A stretch of 64,000 bases of DNA. It comes from Candidatus Latescibacterota bacterium. Its GTDB lineage: Bacteria > Latescibacterota > UBA2968. Below the pieces are notes generated by a model. That model searched no databases, was not told where the DNA came from, and was given only the letters and a program-made list of their open reading frames with translations. Every line of letters starts with the position of its first letter. The first letter of the stretch is position 1. This document shows positions 30,521-41,126 of the stretch, in pieces. The position numbers and the translations under genes are program-made. Location: positions 4,896,001-4,960,000 of the forward strand of contig OZ242320.1 of the NCBI GenBank assembly GCA_965208125.1, given 5' to 3'.

Positions 30521-31465
30521 ATGATTCGAGTTGAGAATTTGGAGAAGTATTACGGCGACATTCATGCACTTAAGGGCATTGATTTTGAGATTGACGACGG
30601 GGAAATCGTCGGATTCTTAGGTGCAAATGGCGCGGGTAAATCTACGACATTGAAAATTATGACGGGCTTTTTAGCACCCAGTGCCGGTAATGTCTTTATA
30701 GACGACATGAATATCCGGGACCATTCGCTGGATATTCGCGAGCAAATCGGCTATTTGCCCGAAATGAATCCCCTGTACGGGGAAATGAGAGTGTATGACT
30801 ATCTCGAGTTTATAGCTCAAATTCGCGGTATAGACGCGGGAGAGTTCAAAACGGCTTTGGATCGCGTGGTCGAACAATGTGGTCTGTACGATGTGATTCA
30901 TCTGCCCATTTCTGCGTGTTCAAAGGGGTATAAACAGCGCGTCGGGCTGTCTGCCGCGATTCTGCACGATCCCAGGGTATTGATTTTCGATGAGCCGGTC
31001 TCCGGGTTGGATCCCAACCAGATTGTGGAGATTCGGCACCTGATTCGAGAATTGGGCCAGCAGAAGATGGTGATTATATCCAGCCATATTTTGCAAGAGA
31101 TTGAAGCCACTGTGGATCGCATTGTGATTATTGATCACGGCGAAATTGTAGCCAATGGGACGAGTCAGGAGTTGATGGCGGGATTTATGGGACGCACACA
31201 ACTGACGCTCGATGTAAAATACACCAATGAAGAGAGCCTCGCCGCGCTGACCAACAGCGTTGATGATATCGAAGTTGCAAATATAGAGATGGTAGATGGG
31301 CGCAGTGTTCTGTCGATAGAATACGCCCGTGAGGTGGATCCCCGCGAGGCGATTTTTGATTATGCAAAAAACAGTGGCTGGGCCATTTTGGAGATGACGC
31401 AAAATCAGGTTCACCTCGAAGATGTGTTCCGCGGATTGACTGGGGAAGGAGGGAGTGATGAATAA
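30521..31465 (+). CDS. ABC transporter ATP-binding protein, GldA-like
   Basis: GANGAGKSTT, SKGYKQRVGL and DEPVSGLDPNQI motifs. Confidence 0.92.
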   Translation: MIRVENLEKYYGDIHALKGIDFEIDDGEIVGFLGANGAGKSTTLKIMTGFLAPSAGNVFIDDMNIRDHSLDIREQIGYLPEMNPLYGEMRVYDYLEFIAQIRGIDAGEFKTALDRVVEQCGLYDVIHLPISACSKGYKQRVGLSAAILHDPRVLIFDEPVSGLDPNQIVEIRHLIRELGQQKMVIISSHILQEIEATVDRIVIIDHGEIVANGTSQELMAGFMGRTQLTLDVKYTNEESLAALTNSVDDIEVANIEMVDGRSVLSIEYAREVDPREAIFDYAKNSGWAILEMTQNQVHLEDVFRGLTGEGGSDE

Positions 31466-32171
31466 TGTAATGGCGATTTATCGCAAAGAAGTCGGCGCGT
31501 ATTTCAAAAGTCCCATGGCGTATATTTTTCTGGTGTTTTTCGCCCTGTTTAACGGCTATTTCTTTAGCAACACATTCTTCCTGTTCAGTCAGTCAGATAT
31601 GCGGGCACTATTTAATATTACGCCGATGATTTATCTGATTTTTGTACCCGCGGTCACGATGGGGGTGCTTGCACGCGAGAAAAGCGCGGGCACACATGAG
31701 TTGATGGCGACACTTCCGATTAAAAATTTTGAACTGGTGATCGGGAAGTATTTGTCGGCATTTACCCTGGTGTTGGCCGGGCTGGGTTTTACGCTGATAC
31801 ATTTTTTTACACTTCTGGCCGTTGGTACAAATATCGACTATGGCGGCGTAATCTGTGGGTATTTGGGACTGGCTCTGGTGGGAGCATTTTACGCAGCTAT
31901 TGGCACGTTCACGAGCAGTTTGACGGATAATCAGGTGGTTGCATTTATTCTCGCAGCAGTATTTGTATTGGTTTTTTATCTGCTCGATAAATTGCTGATT
32001 TTTGTGCCTGCAGCCCTTGCTGTGCCCATTCAGTTTATGGCGGTCGATTACCATTTGTCCAATATGTCGCGCGGGGTTGTCGATTCGCGCAATCTGGTGT
32101 ATTTCGGTTCGCTGATCTGGTTGTTTTTGGTGCTTACAGTGCGCGTTATTGACATGCGGAAGTGGAGGTAG
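31458..32171 (+). CDS. ABC-2 permease, GldF-like
   Basis: KEVGAYFKSPMAY, PAVTM, SSLTDNQVVAF and RGVVDSRNLVYF motifs. Confidence 0.9.
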   Translation: MNNVMAIYRKEVGAYFKSPMAYIFLVFFALFNGYFFSNTFFLFSQSDMRALFNITPMIYLIFVPAVTMGVLAREKSAGTHELMATLPIKNFELVIGKYLSAFTLVLAGLGFTLIHFFTLLAVGTNIDYGGVICGYLGLALVGAFYAAIGTFTSSLTDNQVVAFILAAVFVLVFYLLDKLLIFVPAALAVPIQFMAVDYHLSNMSRGVVDSRNLVYFGSLIWLFLVLTVRVIDMRKWR

Positions 32172-32173
32172 TC

Positions 32174-33682
32174 ATGCCAGTCATTGATTCCCAAAAGAGC
32201 TTTGTAATTTTTATTGTGGTTGCTATCGCGCTCGTGGCACTCGGCAATCTGGTTTCCCGCAATTTTTTCTTTCGGCTGGACTTGACGGAGAATCAGATTT
32301 ATTCGCTGTCGCCATCGAGCAAGGTGATACTCGAGAAGATCGACGATTTTTTGACTGCCAAAGTCTATTTTTCCGAAAATTTGCCCGGGCAATACGGCAA
32401 TACACGGCGGTATTTGCAGGATATTCTGGAAGAATATGCCGCGTATTCAGATGGCAATTTTCGGTTTGAGTTTTACAGGCCTGATGACGATGAAAAATTG
32501 GCGCTTGACGCGCAAAAATCGGGTATTCAGCCCGTACAATTGCAGGTACTCGAAAACGACAAGTTTGAGGTAAAACGCATTTATATGGGAATGGTGCTGC
32601 TCTACGGCGACAAGCGAGAGGTGTTGCCGGTTATTCAAACGACCACGGGGCTGGAATACGAGATTACAACGCGAATTAAAAAACTGGTTGACGATAACCG
32701 CTCTGTAGTCGGAGTAGCAAATACCGGGGCTTCGGCACCGGCAATGGAGCGGGTGAGTGCGAGGCTTCGGGAAGCCTACGATGTGCGTTCGGTTTTTTTG
32801 AGTGCCGGCGTACCCGACGATATTGAGATGTTACTCGTCAATGGGGTTGTCGATTCTCTGTCTGAAGATGCACTCGGCGCGCTGAAGGACTATATCAACT
32901 CGGGTGGCAATCTGTTTTTGGCGCAAAACAAGATCAATGGCGACCTTCAGGCGCAGCGAGGGACGCCCATTCAGTCCAATATCTTCGAGGTACTCGAACC
33001 CTTTGGCGTGAGCCTGGCTGACAATCTGGTGATGGACCGAATTTGTGGCACGGTTACGGTGTCACAGCAACGCGGTTTTTTGCGCTTTAATTCAGCGGTA
33101 GAGTATCCATTTTTTCCCGTGTTGCAATCTTTTCCCGATCACGAAATAGTCAGTGGCTTAGAGCAAGTTCAGATGCTGTTTTCCAGTGAAATTGTTTACG
33201 ATACGGCTGATTCAACGCGCCTTGTGAAGCCTTTGCTGGTCACGTCAGACCATTCGGGTGCAGCGGCCGGGTTTATCAATCTCAACCCCATTCAAAATCA
33301 GGCATTTCAATCGCTCAATGAACCGGGCAAGGTGGTTGGAGTTTACGCGACGGCTACCTCAGACAGCCTGGAAAATGTGATGAGCCAATTGGTGCTGGTG
33401 TCGTCCTCCGATTTTCTGCTCGACAGCGGGGGAGGGCAGGTGCCGTCTAATGGGATTTTTGTGATGAATGCGGTGGATGTGCTCATTGGCGACCGCGACC
33501 TCGTGGCTTTGAGATCGCGTGAGATTACAACGCGACCGCTGCAAACAGTAGAAGACACGACTCGAACCACAGTGAAAACCCTCAATATTGTGCTGCCTGT
33601 GCTGCTGGTCATTGTTTTAGGTCTGGCGCAGTGGCGACTTGTGGTGGCGAGTGCAAAGCGATTGGAGGCGCTCTATGAGTAA
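32174..33682 (+). CDS. GldG-like ABC auxiliary component
   Basis: RLDLTENQIYSLS and LEYEITT motifs; N- and C-terminal TM helices. Confidence 0.88.
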   Translation: MPVIDSQKSFVIFIVVAIALVALGNLVSRNFFFRLDLTENQIYSLSPSSKVILEKIDDFLTAKVYFSENLPGQYGNTRRYLQDILEEYAAYSDGNFRFEFYRPDDDEKLALDAQKSGIQPVQLQVLENDKFEVKRIYMGMVLLYGDKREVLPVIQTTTGLEYEITTRIKKLVDDNRSVVGVANTGASAPAMERVSARLREAYDVRSVFLSAGVPDDIEMLLVNGVVDSLSEDALGALKDYINSGGNLFLAQNKINGDLQAQRGTPIQSNIFEVLEPFGVSLADNLVMDRICGTVTVSQQRGFLRFNSAVEYPFFPVLQSFPDHEIVSGLEQVQMLFSSEIVYDTADSTRLVKPLLVTSDHSGAAAGFINLNPIQNQAFQSLNEPGKVVGVYATATSDSLENVMSQLVLVSSSDFLLDSGGGQVPSNGIFVMNAVDVLIGDRDLVALRSREITTRPLQTVEDTTRTTVKTLNIVLPVLLVIVLGLAQWRLVVASAKRLEALYE

Positions 33683-34280
33683 TTTAAAATGGCTTCTCAT
33701 AGGGATTGCAGTGCTGCTGGGTCTTTACGCGCTTTTGCAGGTGCGGGAGAGCGGATATACGACCCCTACAGGCCAGGTCTTTCCCGAAAATACTGATGAT
33801 ATTTACAAGGTTGAAATGATGACAGAGGGCGATAGCCTGACGCTACAAAAGAAGGATCTTGAATGGACGATTGTGGGACACGATACTTTGAAAGTTCGGG
33901 ACCATCGGATCACGGCACTATTTGAACAGGTGTTGAAGGTAAGTCGCGAGACCACAATGACAGACAAGGCTGACAACTGGTCTAAGTATGCCGTAGATGA
34001 CGCGATGGGAACGCATGTCAAGATCTATGATGCGAAAGATGAGATGCTCGCGCACGCGGTATTCGGCAGGTCGAGTACCGATTGGGCACGCAATTATGTG
34101 CGGATTGGAGATGGCCCAGAAGTGTATCTGACGGATCGAAGCATTGTCTATCAGGTGAGTACTGATGCGACATTCTGGGGCGAAAAACCTCCAGAACCCG
34201 CGCCCACAGCAGTGGATTCCGCAGATGCAGCGCCCGCACCCACAGTAGTAGATACCGCTAAAGCAGGGGACGAAGGATAG
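33675..34280 (+). CDS. DUF4340-like membrane-anchored protein
   Basis: N-terminal TM, YVRIGDGPEVYL; usual fourth gene of GldAFG-like operons; Pro/Ala-rich duplicated tail. Confidence 0.72.
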   Translation: MSNLKWLLIGIAVLLGLYALLQVRESGYTTPTGQVFPENTDDIYKVEMMTEGDSLTLQKKDLEWTIVGHDTLKVRDHRITALFEQVLKVSRETTMTDKADNWSKYAVDDAMGTHVKIYDAKDEMLAHAVFGRSSTDWARNYVRIGDGPEVYLTDRSIVYQVSTDATFWGEKPPEPAPTAVDSADAAPAPTVVDTAKAGDEG

Positions 34281-34295
34281 CCAGGTAGGTGGAAT

Positions 34296-34338
34296 CATAA
34301 AAAAGGCCATGGTGATTTATACCATGGCCTTTTTTATG
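34296..34338. terminator. perfect hairpin intrinsic terminator (bidirectional form)
   Basis: CATAAAAAAGGCCATGGT/ACCATGGCCTTTTTTATG perfect inverted repeat. Confidence 0.85.
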
Positions 34339-34540
34339 TATCGAAAAAATCCGTAAAGACCAAAGGAGAGTGGACCGAGGCCGACGACCAGAACGCGCCA
34401 GAGAATTTTTCAGGTCTTAACGCGCAATAGCAAGCGCAATATCTGAGTTTGGGGTTGGAAACGGGCAATACAGGGTATATATTGGGCACAACTTTATCAT
34501 AAATGCAGGCGTTCATCTATATTATTAACCTCTGAAATCC

Positions 34541-35500
34541 ATGGGCAAACAAATAACAAAAAAAGGCTTTTGTGCCTACTATCTGGGCGGTCTGTTTGTC
34601 AGGATGAGCGATAACAATCTCTTTCTGCTCTGTGGCGGCCTGGCTTTTGCCACTCTTTTGTGCCTTGTACCTCTGGTCTTTCTGATCTTCTTCGCACTTG
34701 AGGCCATTCTGGACGTGAGGGCGATAGCTCACCTGGTCAATCAAACGGTGGATGTGCTCATCCCATATCCAGAAGAGGCCGAGTATCTGAAGGAGGTTTT
34801 ATCCTTGCGCGTCTCAGGTGTCATGACCTTCAAACAGGCTTATGGGATTTCGGGTTTGCTGATTTTGATAGTGAGTGCCAGTAGTCTGTTCAGCAGCATG
34901 CGAACCCTGCTCAATGCGGTCTTCAAGATCGAACACAATTTAGGACCGAAAGGGGATGAGACAGAGTTGGTCGCGATGGACCAGATAAAAAATATAAATA
35001 CCCCAGGACGCTGGATAAAATTCTTGCAAGGGATTTTGCCAATAGCAGTGGGCAAATTGAAAGATCTCACTATGGTACTTCTGGTAATCTATATTTTTCT
35101 TCTATTAGTCCTCGCTTTGCCCATCCTATCTACCGTCATCGACACTGCCCCATCTCTGCTGCACACATATATCACCTACTTCTACGGTCTTACCTCCCTC
35201 GCCCTGATTTTTGCCGTCTTTCTGGGGTTATACTGGCTGCTTCCATACCAAAAGATCCAGATAAAGATGCTGGCTACAGGTGCTTTTTGGGCTGCTCTGC
35301 TGTGGAAATTCACCGAATGGGGCTTTGGCTATTACTTGAGTCACTTCGGTTCTATATCGTATCTGTACGGGGCTTATGTTCTGCTGGTGGTCGTGGCCTT
35401 GTGGATATACTTCTCGGCAATTATTTTTATTATAGGCGCTCAGATCGCCCAGCTCTGTCGCGAAAGGCAGACTGCTGATCTTCAAAGTTCTTTGTTTTAA
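34541..35500 (+). CDS. YihY/BrkB family membrane protein
   Basis: GGLAFATLLCLVPL, LYWLLP, LYGAY and WIYFSAIIFIIGAQ motifs. Confidence 0.88.
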   Translation: MGKQITKKGFCAYYLGGLFVRMSDNNLFLLCGGLAFATLLCLVPLVFLIFFALEAILDVRAIAHLVNQTVDVLIPYPEEAEYLKEVLSLRVSGVMTFKQAYGISGLLILIVSASSLFSSMRTLLNAVFKIEHNLGPKGDETELVAMDQIKNINTPGRWIKFLQGILPIAVGKLKDLTMVLLVIYIFLLLVLALPILSTVIDTAPSLLHTYITYFYGLTSLALIFAVFLGLYWLLPYQKIQIKMLATGAFWAALLWKFTEWGFGYYLSHFGSISYLYGAYVLLVVVALWIYFSAIIFIIGAQIAQLCRERQTADLQSSLF

Positions 35501-35542
35501 AAAAAGAAGCCGAGTTTTTCAAAAAACTCGGCTTCTTTTTAA
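35499..35542. terminator. bidirectional terminator between convergent genes
   Basis: AAAAAGAAGCCGAGTTTTT/AAAAACTCGGCTTCTTTTT. Confidence 0.88.
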
Positions 35543-35555
35543 CGGCTCACAACAC

Positions 35556-38225
35556 TTAAAAGTTGAAATTGTAACTGGCTTTTGCGTACAGGAATGTGCC
35601 GCCAAAACCGTAAGGGCTGTACTCCCCGAATGGCCTGCCGACTATGGGACCCGGGTTGACGCCTTCTTCGATATTATCGGGTTCGACATCGAGAATATTT
35701 TGAATGCCAGCGGTTATGGTCGCTCCGTTGCCAAGAGAAAGGCTGGACTCGAGGTCGATCAAAAATGCGTCTCCAAAGACTTGATGGCCCACGCTCCACT
35801 CATCCCAAGAACCGTAATAATTGACGCGCCCCAATGCACTCCAATAAGGCGTTATGGGTTTTGACAGGGTCAAGTTTCCGCGGTGTCTGGGAAGACCTTT
35901 CTCCAATAGCGTGATGCGTTGTTCGTCGAGAAGGTTAGAGTCGTATTTGGTCACTTCGGTGTTGGTGTAGTTATACGCGACACTCAGTTCGCCATAACAC
36001 CACACTGGCGCCGTGAGAACAAAGTCAATCCCCTGGGTTTTCGTTTCAAAGTTGTTGGTAAAGAACGCAAATTCTTGGAGGTTTCTCGCATTGATGCCCG
36101 TAGCCTCCAACTGGTCAATTTGTTGAGACGTAAGTGCTTTGTCGCTGGAGGTCGTCATGCGATCTTTCACTGAAATATTGAAATAGTCTATCGTTACATT
36201 GAGCGGAGCGATATTGGTATCGACGGGATAAACGTGCTTCGTAAAAATAAAGCCAGCCGAGATATTGACGGACTTTTCCGGTTTAAGCCCTTCGCCACCT
36301 ACCAATGCCGCTGCGGGATGGATAGAGGGAATCGTGCCTCTATTGACCAGGATAAAATTGCCGTCGTCATCTTCGCCGAACTCAGTCGTGACATTAAAGG
36401 CATTTTGCTGGCCGGGCGTGGGTGCTCTGAAGCCCGTGCTGAAACTGCCGCGCACGTTCACGTTCTCGTTCAACCCGATATTGGTCGCCACCTTGAAATT
36501 CGTCGTGGCACCAAAATCCTCAAAGTTTTCAAAACGCAGGGCAGCGCCGAGCAACCAGTTTTCCTGTGGACTAAATTCGGCATCTCCATAAATCGCCCAG
36601 TTATACCTGCTCCAATTTCCCGCGGCAATATCACCAAAACCGGGGAACCCATTGGAAGCCGAGCTAAATCCTTGACTCGCCAGGGAGCCTATTTCAAAAG
36701 ACTCGCGCTGGCCGGGCACAACTTCAAAATTTTCAGTGCGATATTCAAGACCGGCGGCAAAGAAAAACTCTTCGCTGAATGGGTATGTCACATCAAAGTT
36801 GAAATTGGTATCTGTCTGGATATAATCGCCGGGATTAAATTCCGTCGGCGTGTTGGGGCCCAAAGAGGCATTTACGGTGTTGAAGATGAAGAAATCGGAG
36901 TGGTGACGCCCATAAGATGCGCTGAGGTCCCAGGTCAGCAGCGATTGCGTCGAGCCCTTAATACCCGCCAGAAAGGCGCGGTCTTCTGTATCCGCGCCAA
37001 ATCGGGGGGTGAACCCGCCGGGAAAGAGTTCCTGGAATGTGAATAAATTGGGATCGTCAAAAACCTGTCTTAAGGCGGCTGCATCCGGTACCGAACAGCT
37101 TATGGGCACCACGGGCACATCGCCACCGCTCATATTGCCAACGAGCAATGTCGCGACCAGATTCCCGTTGACCCCATCGACAATACCCAGGGCTTCGGCT
37201 TCCGATTTCGTGTAATAGTTCGTGCCGTCCCACATCAATACGGGGCCTTGATATACAGCACCGCGCGTATTGGGATTGCGGAAGTAAAACCCGCCTTCGA
37301 CCTGTTTGCTCGCATAGTTACCGTGCCCGTAGAACTCGATATTGTCGTTAATGGTGGCACCGTAGTTGGCAAAAATTTTCAAGTCGTCTCTAACAAAGGG
37401 TTGCCCCCAAGGTTGTGCGGGATCATTCACATCAGTATTGCCCACGCGTATCAAACGCGCGGCATCGTCTCGCTGGATAGAGCGGTCAGTCTCATCTGTA
37501 TTGCCGTATTCCACGCTGAGATTGATCCATGTATCGGGTGTGCCCAGACCCATATTTCCAGCTAAGGCGTAAGTGCCCCCGTCCCCTTGCCGGAAAATAC
37601 CGGGTTTGATTTCAATAGAGCCGCTTTCGTAATTGTCTTTGAGTTCAAAATTCAACACGCCGGCAATGGCGTCAGAACCGTATTGCGCGGACGCGCCATC
37701 GCGCAGGACTTCCACACGCTTGAGGGCAATACTCGGGATAGCGGATATGTCTGGCCCCTGTGCGGCATTGGAGAGACCATTGCCCAGCCAGTAAATCACG
37801 GAGGCGCGGTGGCGTCGCTTGCCGTTGACGAGTACTAGCGCGTGGTCGGGTGCCAGCCCTCGCAGATTGGGCGGTCGCACGACGGTTGCCGCATCGCTGA
37901 TCGGCTGGAGATTGACGTTATAAGAGGGCACAACATTTCTCAGCAAGTCCTGTACATCGCTACCGCCTTGCTTGACGAAATCTTCGCCGGTAACCACATC
38001 GATGGGCACTGCGGATTCGGTGACAGAACGCGGTTGTGCGCGGGTACCAATGACCACCAATTCTTCGAGCACGACTACTTCTTCGAGTATGTCTGTAAGT
38101 GGGGGTAAGGCAGTTGTATCTGCACTTTCGGTACGCGGTGTTTCTTGTGATACGATAGTGCCACTCATCGCAAGCAGGGCAGCGAGGCCAAGGGCGAGAG
38201 ACTTGAAATGGGATTTATATTGCAT
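35556..38225 (-). CDS. TonB-dependent receptor (copy 1)
   Basis: Signal peptide, EELVVIG TonB-box-like segment, plug motifs LVLVNGKRRH and RVEVLRDGASAQYGSDAIAGV, C-terminal YNFNF; start MQYKSH after an AAGGAG RBS. Confidence 0.95.
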   Translation of the reverse strand: MQYKSHFKSLALGLAALLAMSGTIVSQETPRTESADTTALPPLTDILEEVVVLEELVVIGTRAQPRSVTESAVPIDVVTGEDFVKQGGSDVQDLLRNVVPSYNVNLQPISDAATVVRPPNLRGLAPDHALVLVNGKRRHRASVIYWLGNGLSNAAQGPDISAIPSIALKRVEVLRDGASAQYGSDAIAGVLNFELKDNYESGSIEIKPGIFRQGDGGTYALAGNMGLGTPDTWINLSVEYGNTDETDRSIQRDDAARLIRVGNTDVNDPAQPWGQPFVRDDLKIFANYGATINDNIEFYGHGNYASKQVEGGFYFRNPNTRGAVYQGPVLMWDGTNYYTKSEAEALGIVDGVNGNLVATLLVGNMSGGDVPVVPISCSVPDAAALRQVFDDPNLFTFQELFPGGFTPRFGADTEDRAFLAGIKGSTQSLLTWDLSASYGRHHSDFFIFNTVNASLGPNTPTEFNPGDYIQTDTNFNFDVTYPFSEEFFFAAGLEYRTENFEVVPGQRESFEIGSLASQGFSSASNGFPGFGDIAAGNWSRYNWAIYGDAEFSPQENWLLGAALRFENFEDFGATTNFKVATNIGLNENVNVRGSFSTGFRAPTPGQQNAFNVTTEFGEDDDGNFILVNRGTIPSIHPAAALVGGEGLKPEKSVNISAGFIFTKHVYPVDTNIAPLNVTIDYFNISVKDRMTTSSDKALTSQQIDQLEATGINARNLQEFAFFTNNFETKTQGIDFVLTAPVWCYGELSVAYNYTNTEVTKYDSNLLDEQRITLLEKGLPRHRGNLTLSKPITPYWSALGRVNYYGSWDEWSVGHQVFGDAFLIDLESSLSLGNGATITAGIQNILDVEPDNIEEGVNPGPIVGRPFGEYSPYGFGGTFLYAKASYNFNF

Positions 38226-38329
38226 GAAAAAAACTCCTTGTGTTGTGAACACTGGGGAGAAATACGGTTTTTGGACTTCAGGCATTCCAGCTTATTAAAA
38301 AAATAAAGCATCATTACCAAATGTGCTAT

Positions 38330-38366
38330 AAAAAAAGAAGGCGAGTTCTAAAAAAACTCGCCTTCT
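38330..38366 (-). terminator. intrinsic terminator of TonB receptor copy 2
   Basis: AGAAGGCGAGTT/AACTCGCCTTCT stem with an A-run on the left (U-run on the minus strand). Confidence 0.8.
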
Positions 38367-38399
38367 CAATGATGGGTGAACAATCCTTTGAACTACGAC

Positions 38400-41126
38400 C
38401 TAAAAGCCGAAGTGGTATTTGGCGTACCAGAATGCGCCGCTAAAACCAAATGGGCTGTACTGGCTGTATAAATGCCCCGAACCGCTCGTTGCATTTGGAT
38501 TGATGTCGGGATAGATATCGAGGATGTTCTGACCGCCAACGGTTACCGTTGAGTGCTCGGCAATGGTGTAACTAACCTCGGCGTCCAGTACCCATTCGTC
38601 GCCATAAACGAAGTCATCTTCTTGATCGTACCACGAACTGTAATACCGGAGACGTCCCAGCACCTCAAGCATATCGTTCAACGGTTTGACTACCGTCAGA
38701 TTCCCGCGGTGTTTGGGAAGACCCTCTTGCAATTCTCGAATCCTTTGAGCGCCCAGGGTCTCCAGATTGTGTTTGGTCACTTCGGTATTCGTCAAGTTAT
38801 ACGCCAGACTCAGCAGGCCATCACACCACACCGGAGCCGTGAGCACGACGTCAATACCCTGGGTTTTGGTGTCAAAGTCATTGACGAAAAATTTGAAATT
38901 TGTAATAAAATTCGCAGCCGTGATACCCGCCTTGAGCAGTTCATCGACTTCTGCTGGGGTCAGGGAGAAATTTTGTGAGAGCGTCAAGCGTCCCTTCACC
39001 AAAATGTGGAAATAGTCCACCGTAATATTGACAGGGGGAATACCGGTATCCACGGGAAAAACGGGAATTTCAAAAACAATACCAGCCGAGATATTGGTCG
39101 ATTTTTCGGAATCGAGCGGTTCACCACCCTTGGATTCTGCAACGGGATTGTTTGACGGAATTGTGCCGTCATTTGTCAAATCACCGATTGTGGGATCGAA
39201 GATCGTGGATACGTTAAAGGCATTTTGTTGCCCCGGCGTGGGTGCTCTAAAGCCCGTGCTAAAACTGCCGCGCACCTTTGTATTCTCGTTAAGCCCGTAA
39301 TTGGTCGCCAGCTTGAAGTTGGTCGTGGATCCAAAATCATCAAAATTTTCAAAGCGCAATGCCGCGCCGAGCAACCAGTCTTCCTGCGGGGTAAATTCGG
39401 CGTCACCATAAACCGCCCAGTTGGAGCGGCTCCAGGAGCCTGCGGCAATTTCGCCAAAGCCCGAGAACCCGTTGGACGCGACAGTAAATCCATACTCTGC
39501 CAGCGGACCTTTAACCCAGGATTCTCGTTGTCCCTGAACGATTTCAAAATTTTCCGTGCGGTATTCAAGACCGGCGGCAAAGAAAAATTGCTCGCTAAAC
39601 GGATAGGTGATATCGAAGTTGAAATTGGTATCTGTCTGGATATAGGTTCCAGGATCAAAATACGGTGCATCTTCGTGACTGGGATCAACTTGTGGTCCAT
39701 TGGGCCAGGGTTGGTTGGGACCCAAGGAGGAATTCACGGTATTGAAGATGAAGTAATCGGCTTCGTTGCGCCCATAAGACGCGCTGAGATCCCATGTCAT
39801 CAGCCCTTGCGATCCCCTAATACCCGCCAGAAAGGCGCGGTCGTCCATAAACGCGCCAAATCGGGGTGTGAAGCCACCGGGGAAAAATTCCTGGAAGGTG
39901 AACCAATCGGGGTCGTCAAAAACGCGTTGTAAGGCTGCGGCATCCGGCTCACTGCAGCTAATGGCCACGATGAACTCCTGGGGAATTCTAAGACCAGTAT
40001 CTTCGGACGGTTCGAGAACCTGTCTCAGATTGCCGGTGAGCAATGTTGCTACCAGATGCCCGTTTACGCCATCGACAATACCGAGTTCAGCAGCTTTGCC
40101 CGGATCATAATAAGTGGTGCCGTCGGACATCACTACAGGCCCCTTGAATACGCCACCTCGCGTATTGGGATTGCGGAAGTAGAAACCGCCTTCGACTTCT
40201 TTGCTGGCGTAATTCCCATGGCCGTATAATTTGACATTGTCGTTGATGTTTATGCCGTAGTTGACAAAGAATTTCAGATCGTCTCTAATGTAGGGTTGAC
40301 CCCAAATTTGTGCGGGATCTTCCACACGGTTATTGCCCACGCGTATCAAACGCGCGGCATCGTCGCGTTGCACGGAACGGTCGGTTTCATCCTCGTTGCC
40401 ATATTCCGCGCTGAAGTTGACCCAGGCATCCGGGGTGCCCAGACCGATATTACCGGCAAAAGCATAAGCGAAACCATCGCCTTGCTGAAAAATACCTGGC
40501 TTGACCTCAAAAGAACCGCCTTTGTAATTGTCTTTAAGTTCAAAATTCAACACGCCGGCAATGGCGTCAGAGCCGTACTGCGCAGACGCGCCATCACGCA
40601 GGACTTCCACGCGCTTGATGGCGATAGAGGGGATGGGGGCTATGTCTGGCCCCTGGGCGCCGTCGGCAACACCATTGGTTATCCAGTGAATAACAGCGGC
40701 GCGATGGCGGCGTTTGCCATTGATGAGGACCAGCGTATGGTCGGGTGCCAACCCACGCATACTGGGCGGTCGCACGACGGTGGAGGCATCGCTAATCGGG
40801 TTTGTATTCACATTGTAAGAAGGCACCATATCTCTCAGGAGATTTTGTACATCCGTATCGCCTTGCTTGACAAAATCTTCACCGGTAACAACATCGATGG
40901 GCACTGCGGATTCCGCTACAGAACGCGGTTGTGCGCGTGAACCAATAACCACCAATTCTTCGAGTACGACCACTTCTTCGAGTATATCAGTAAGTGGAGG
41001 TAAGGCTGTTGTATCCGCGCTTGTGGGACGCGGCTTTTCCTCTTCTTGTGATATGGCAGAGCCACTCATTACAAGTAAGGCAACGATGCCAAGGGCAAGG
41101 CACTTAAAATGCGTCTTAGATTCCAT
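38400..41126 (-). CDS. TonB-dependent receptor (copy 2)
   Basis: Close paralog of copy 1 with the same plug motifs; C-terminal YHFGF. Confidence 0.95.
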   Translation of the reverse strand: MESKTHFKCLALGIVALLVMSGSAISQEEEKPRPTSADTTALPPLTDILEEVVVLEELVVIGSRAQPRSVAESAVPIDVVTGEDFVKQGDTDVQNLLRDMVPSYNVNTNPISDASTVVRPPSMRGLAPDHTLVLINGKRRHRAAVIHWITNGVADGAQGPDIAPIPSIAIKRVEVLRDGASAQYGSDAIAGVLNFELKDNYKGGSFEVKPGIFQQGDGFAYAFAGNIGLGTPDAWVNFSAEYGNEDETDRSVQRDDAARLIRVGNNRVEDPAQIWGQPYIRDDLKFFVNYGININDNVKLYGHGNYASKEVEGGFYFRNPNTRGGVFKGPVVMSDGTTYYDPGKAAELGIVDGVNGHLVATLLTGNLRQVLEPSEDTGLRIPQEFIVAISCSEPDAAALQRVFDDPDWFTFQEFFPGGFTPRFGAFMDDRAFLAGIRGSQGLMTWDLSASYGRNEADYFIFNTVNSSLGPNQPWPNGPQVDPSHEDAPYFDPGTYIQTDTNFNFDITYPFSEQFFFAAGLEYRTENFEIVQGQRESWVKGPLAEYGFTVASNGFSGFGEIAAGSWSRSNWAVYGDAEFTPQEDWLLGAALRFENFDDFGSTTNFKLATNYGLNENTKVRGSFSTGFRAPTPGQQNAFNVSTIFDPTIGDLTNDGTIPSNNPVAESKGGEPLDSEKSTNISAGIVFEIPVFPVDTGIPPVNITVDYFHILVKGRLTLSQNFSLTPAEVDELLKAGITAANFITNFKFFVNDFDTKTQGIDVVLTAPVWCDGLLSLAYNLTNTEVTKHNLETLGAQRIRELQEGLPKHRGNLTVVKPLNDMLEVLGRLRYYSSWYDQEDDFVYGDEWVLDAEVSYTIAEHSTVTVGGQNILDIYPDINPNATSGSGHLYSQYSPFGFSGAFWYAKYHFGF

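Noticed and set aside
34341-34430. Short open frame KKSVKTKGEWTEADDQNAPENFSGLNAQ after the terminator
   Set aside because: No credible start and too short to assign; may be a remnant but is unsupported
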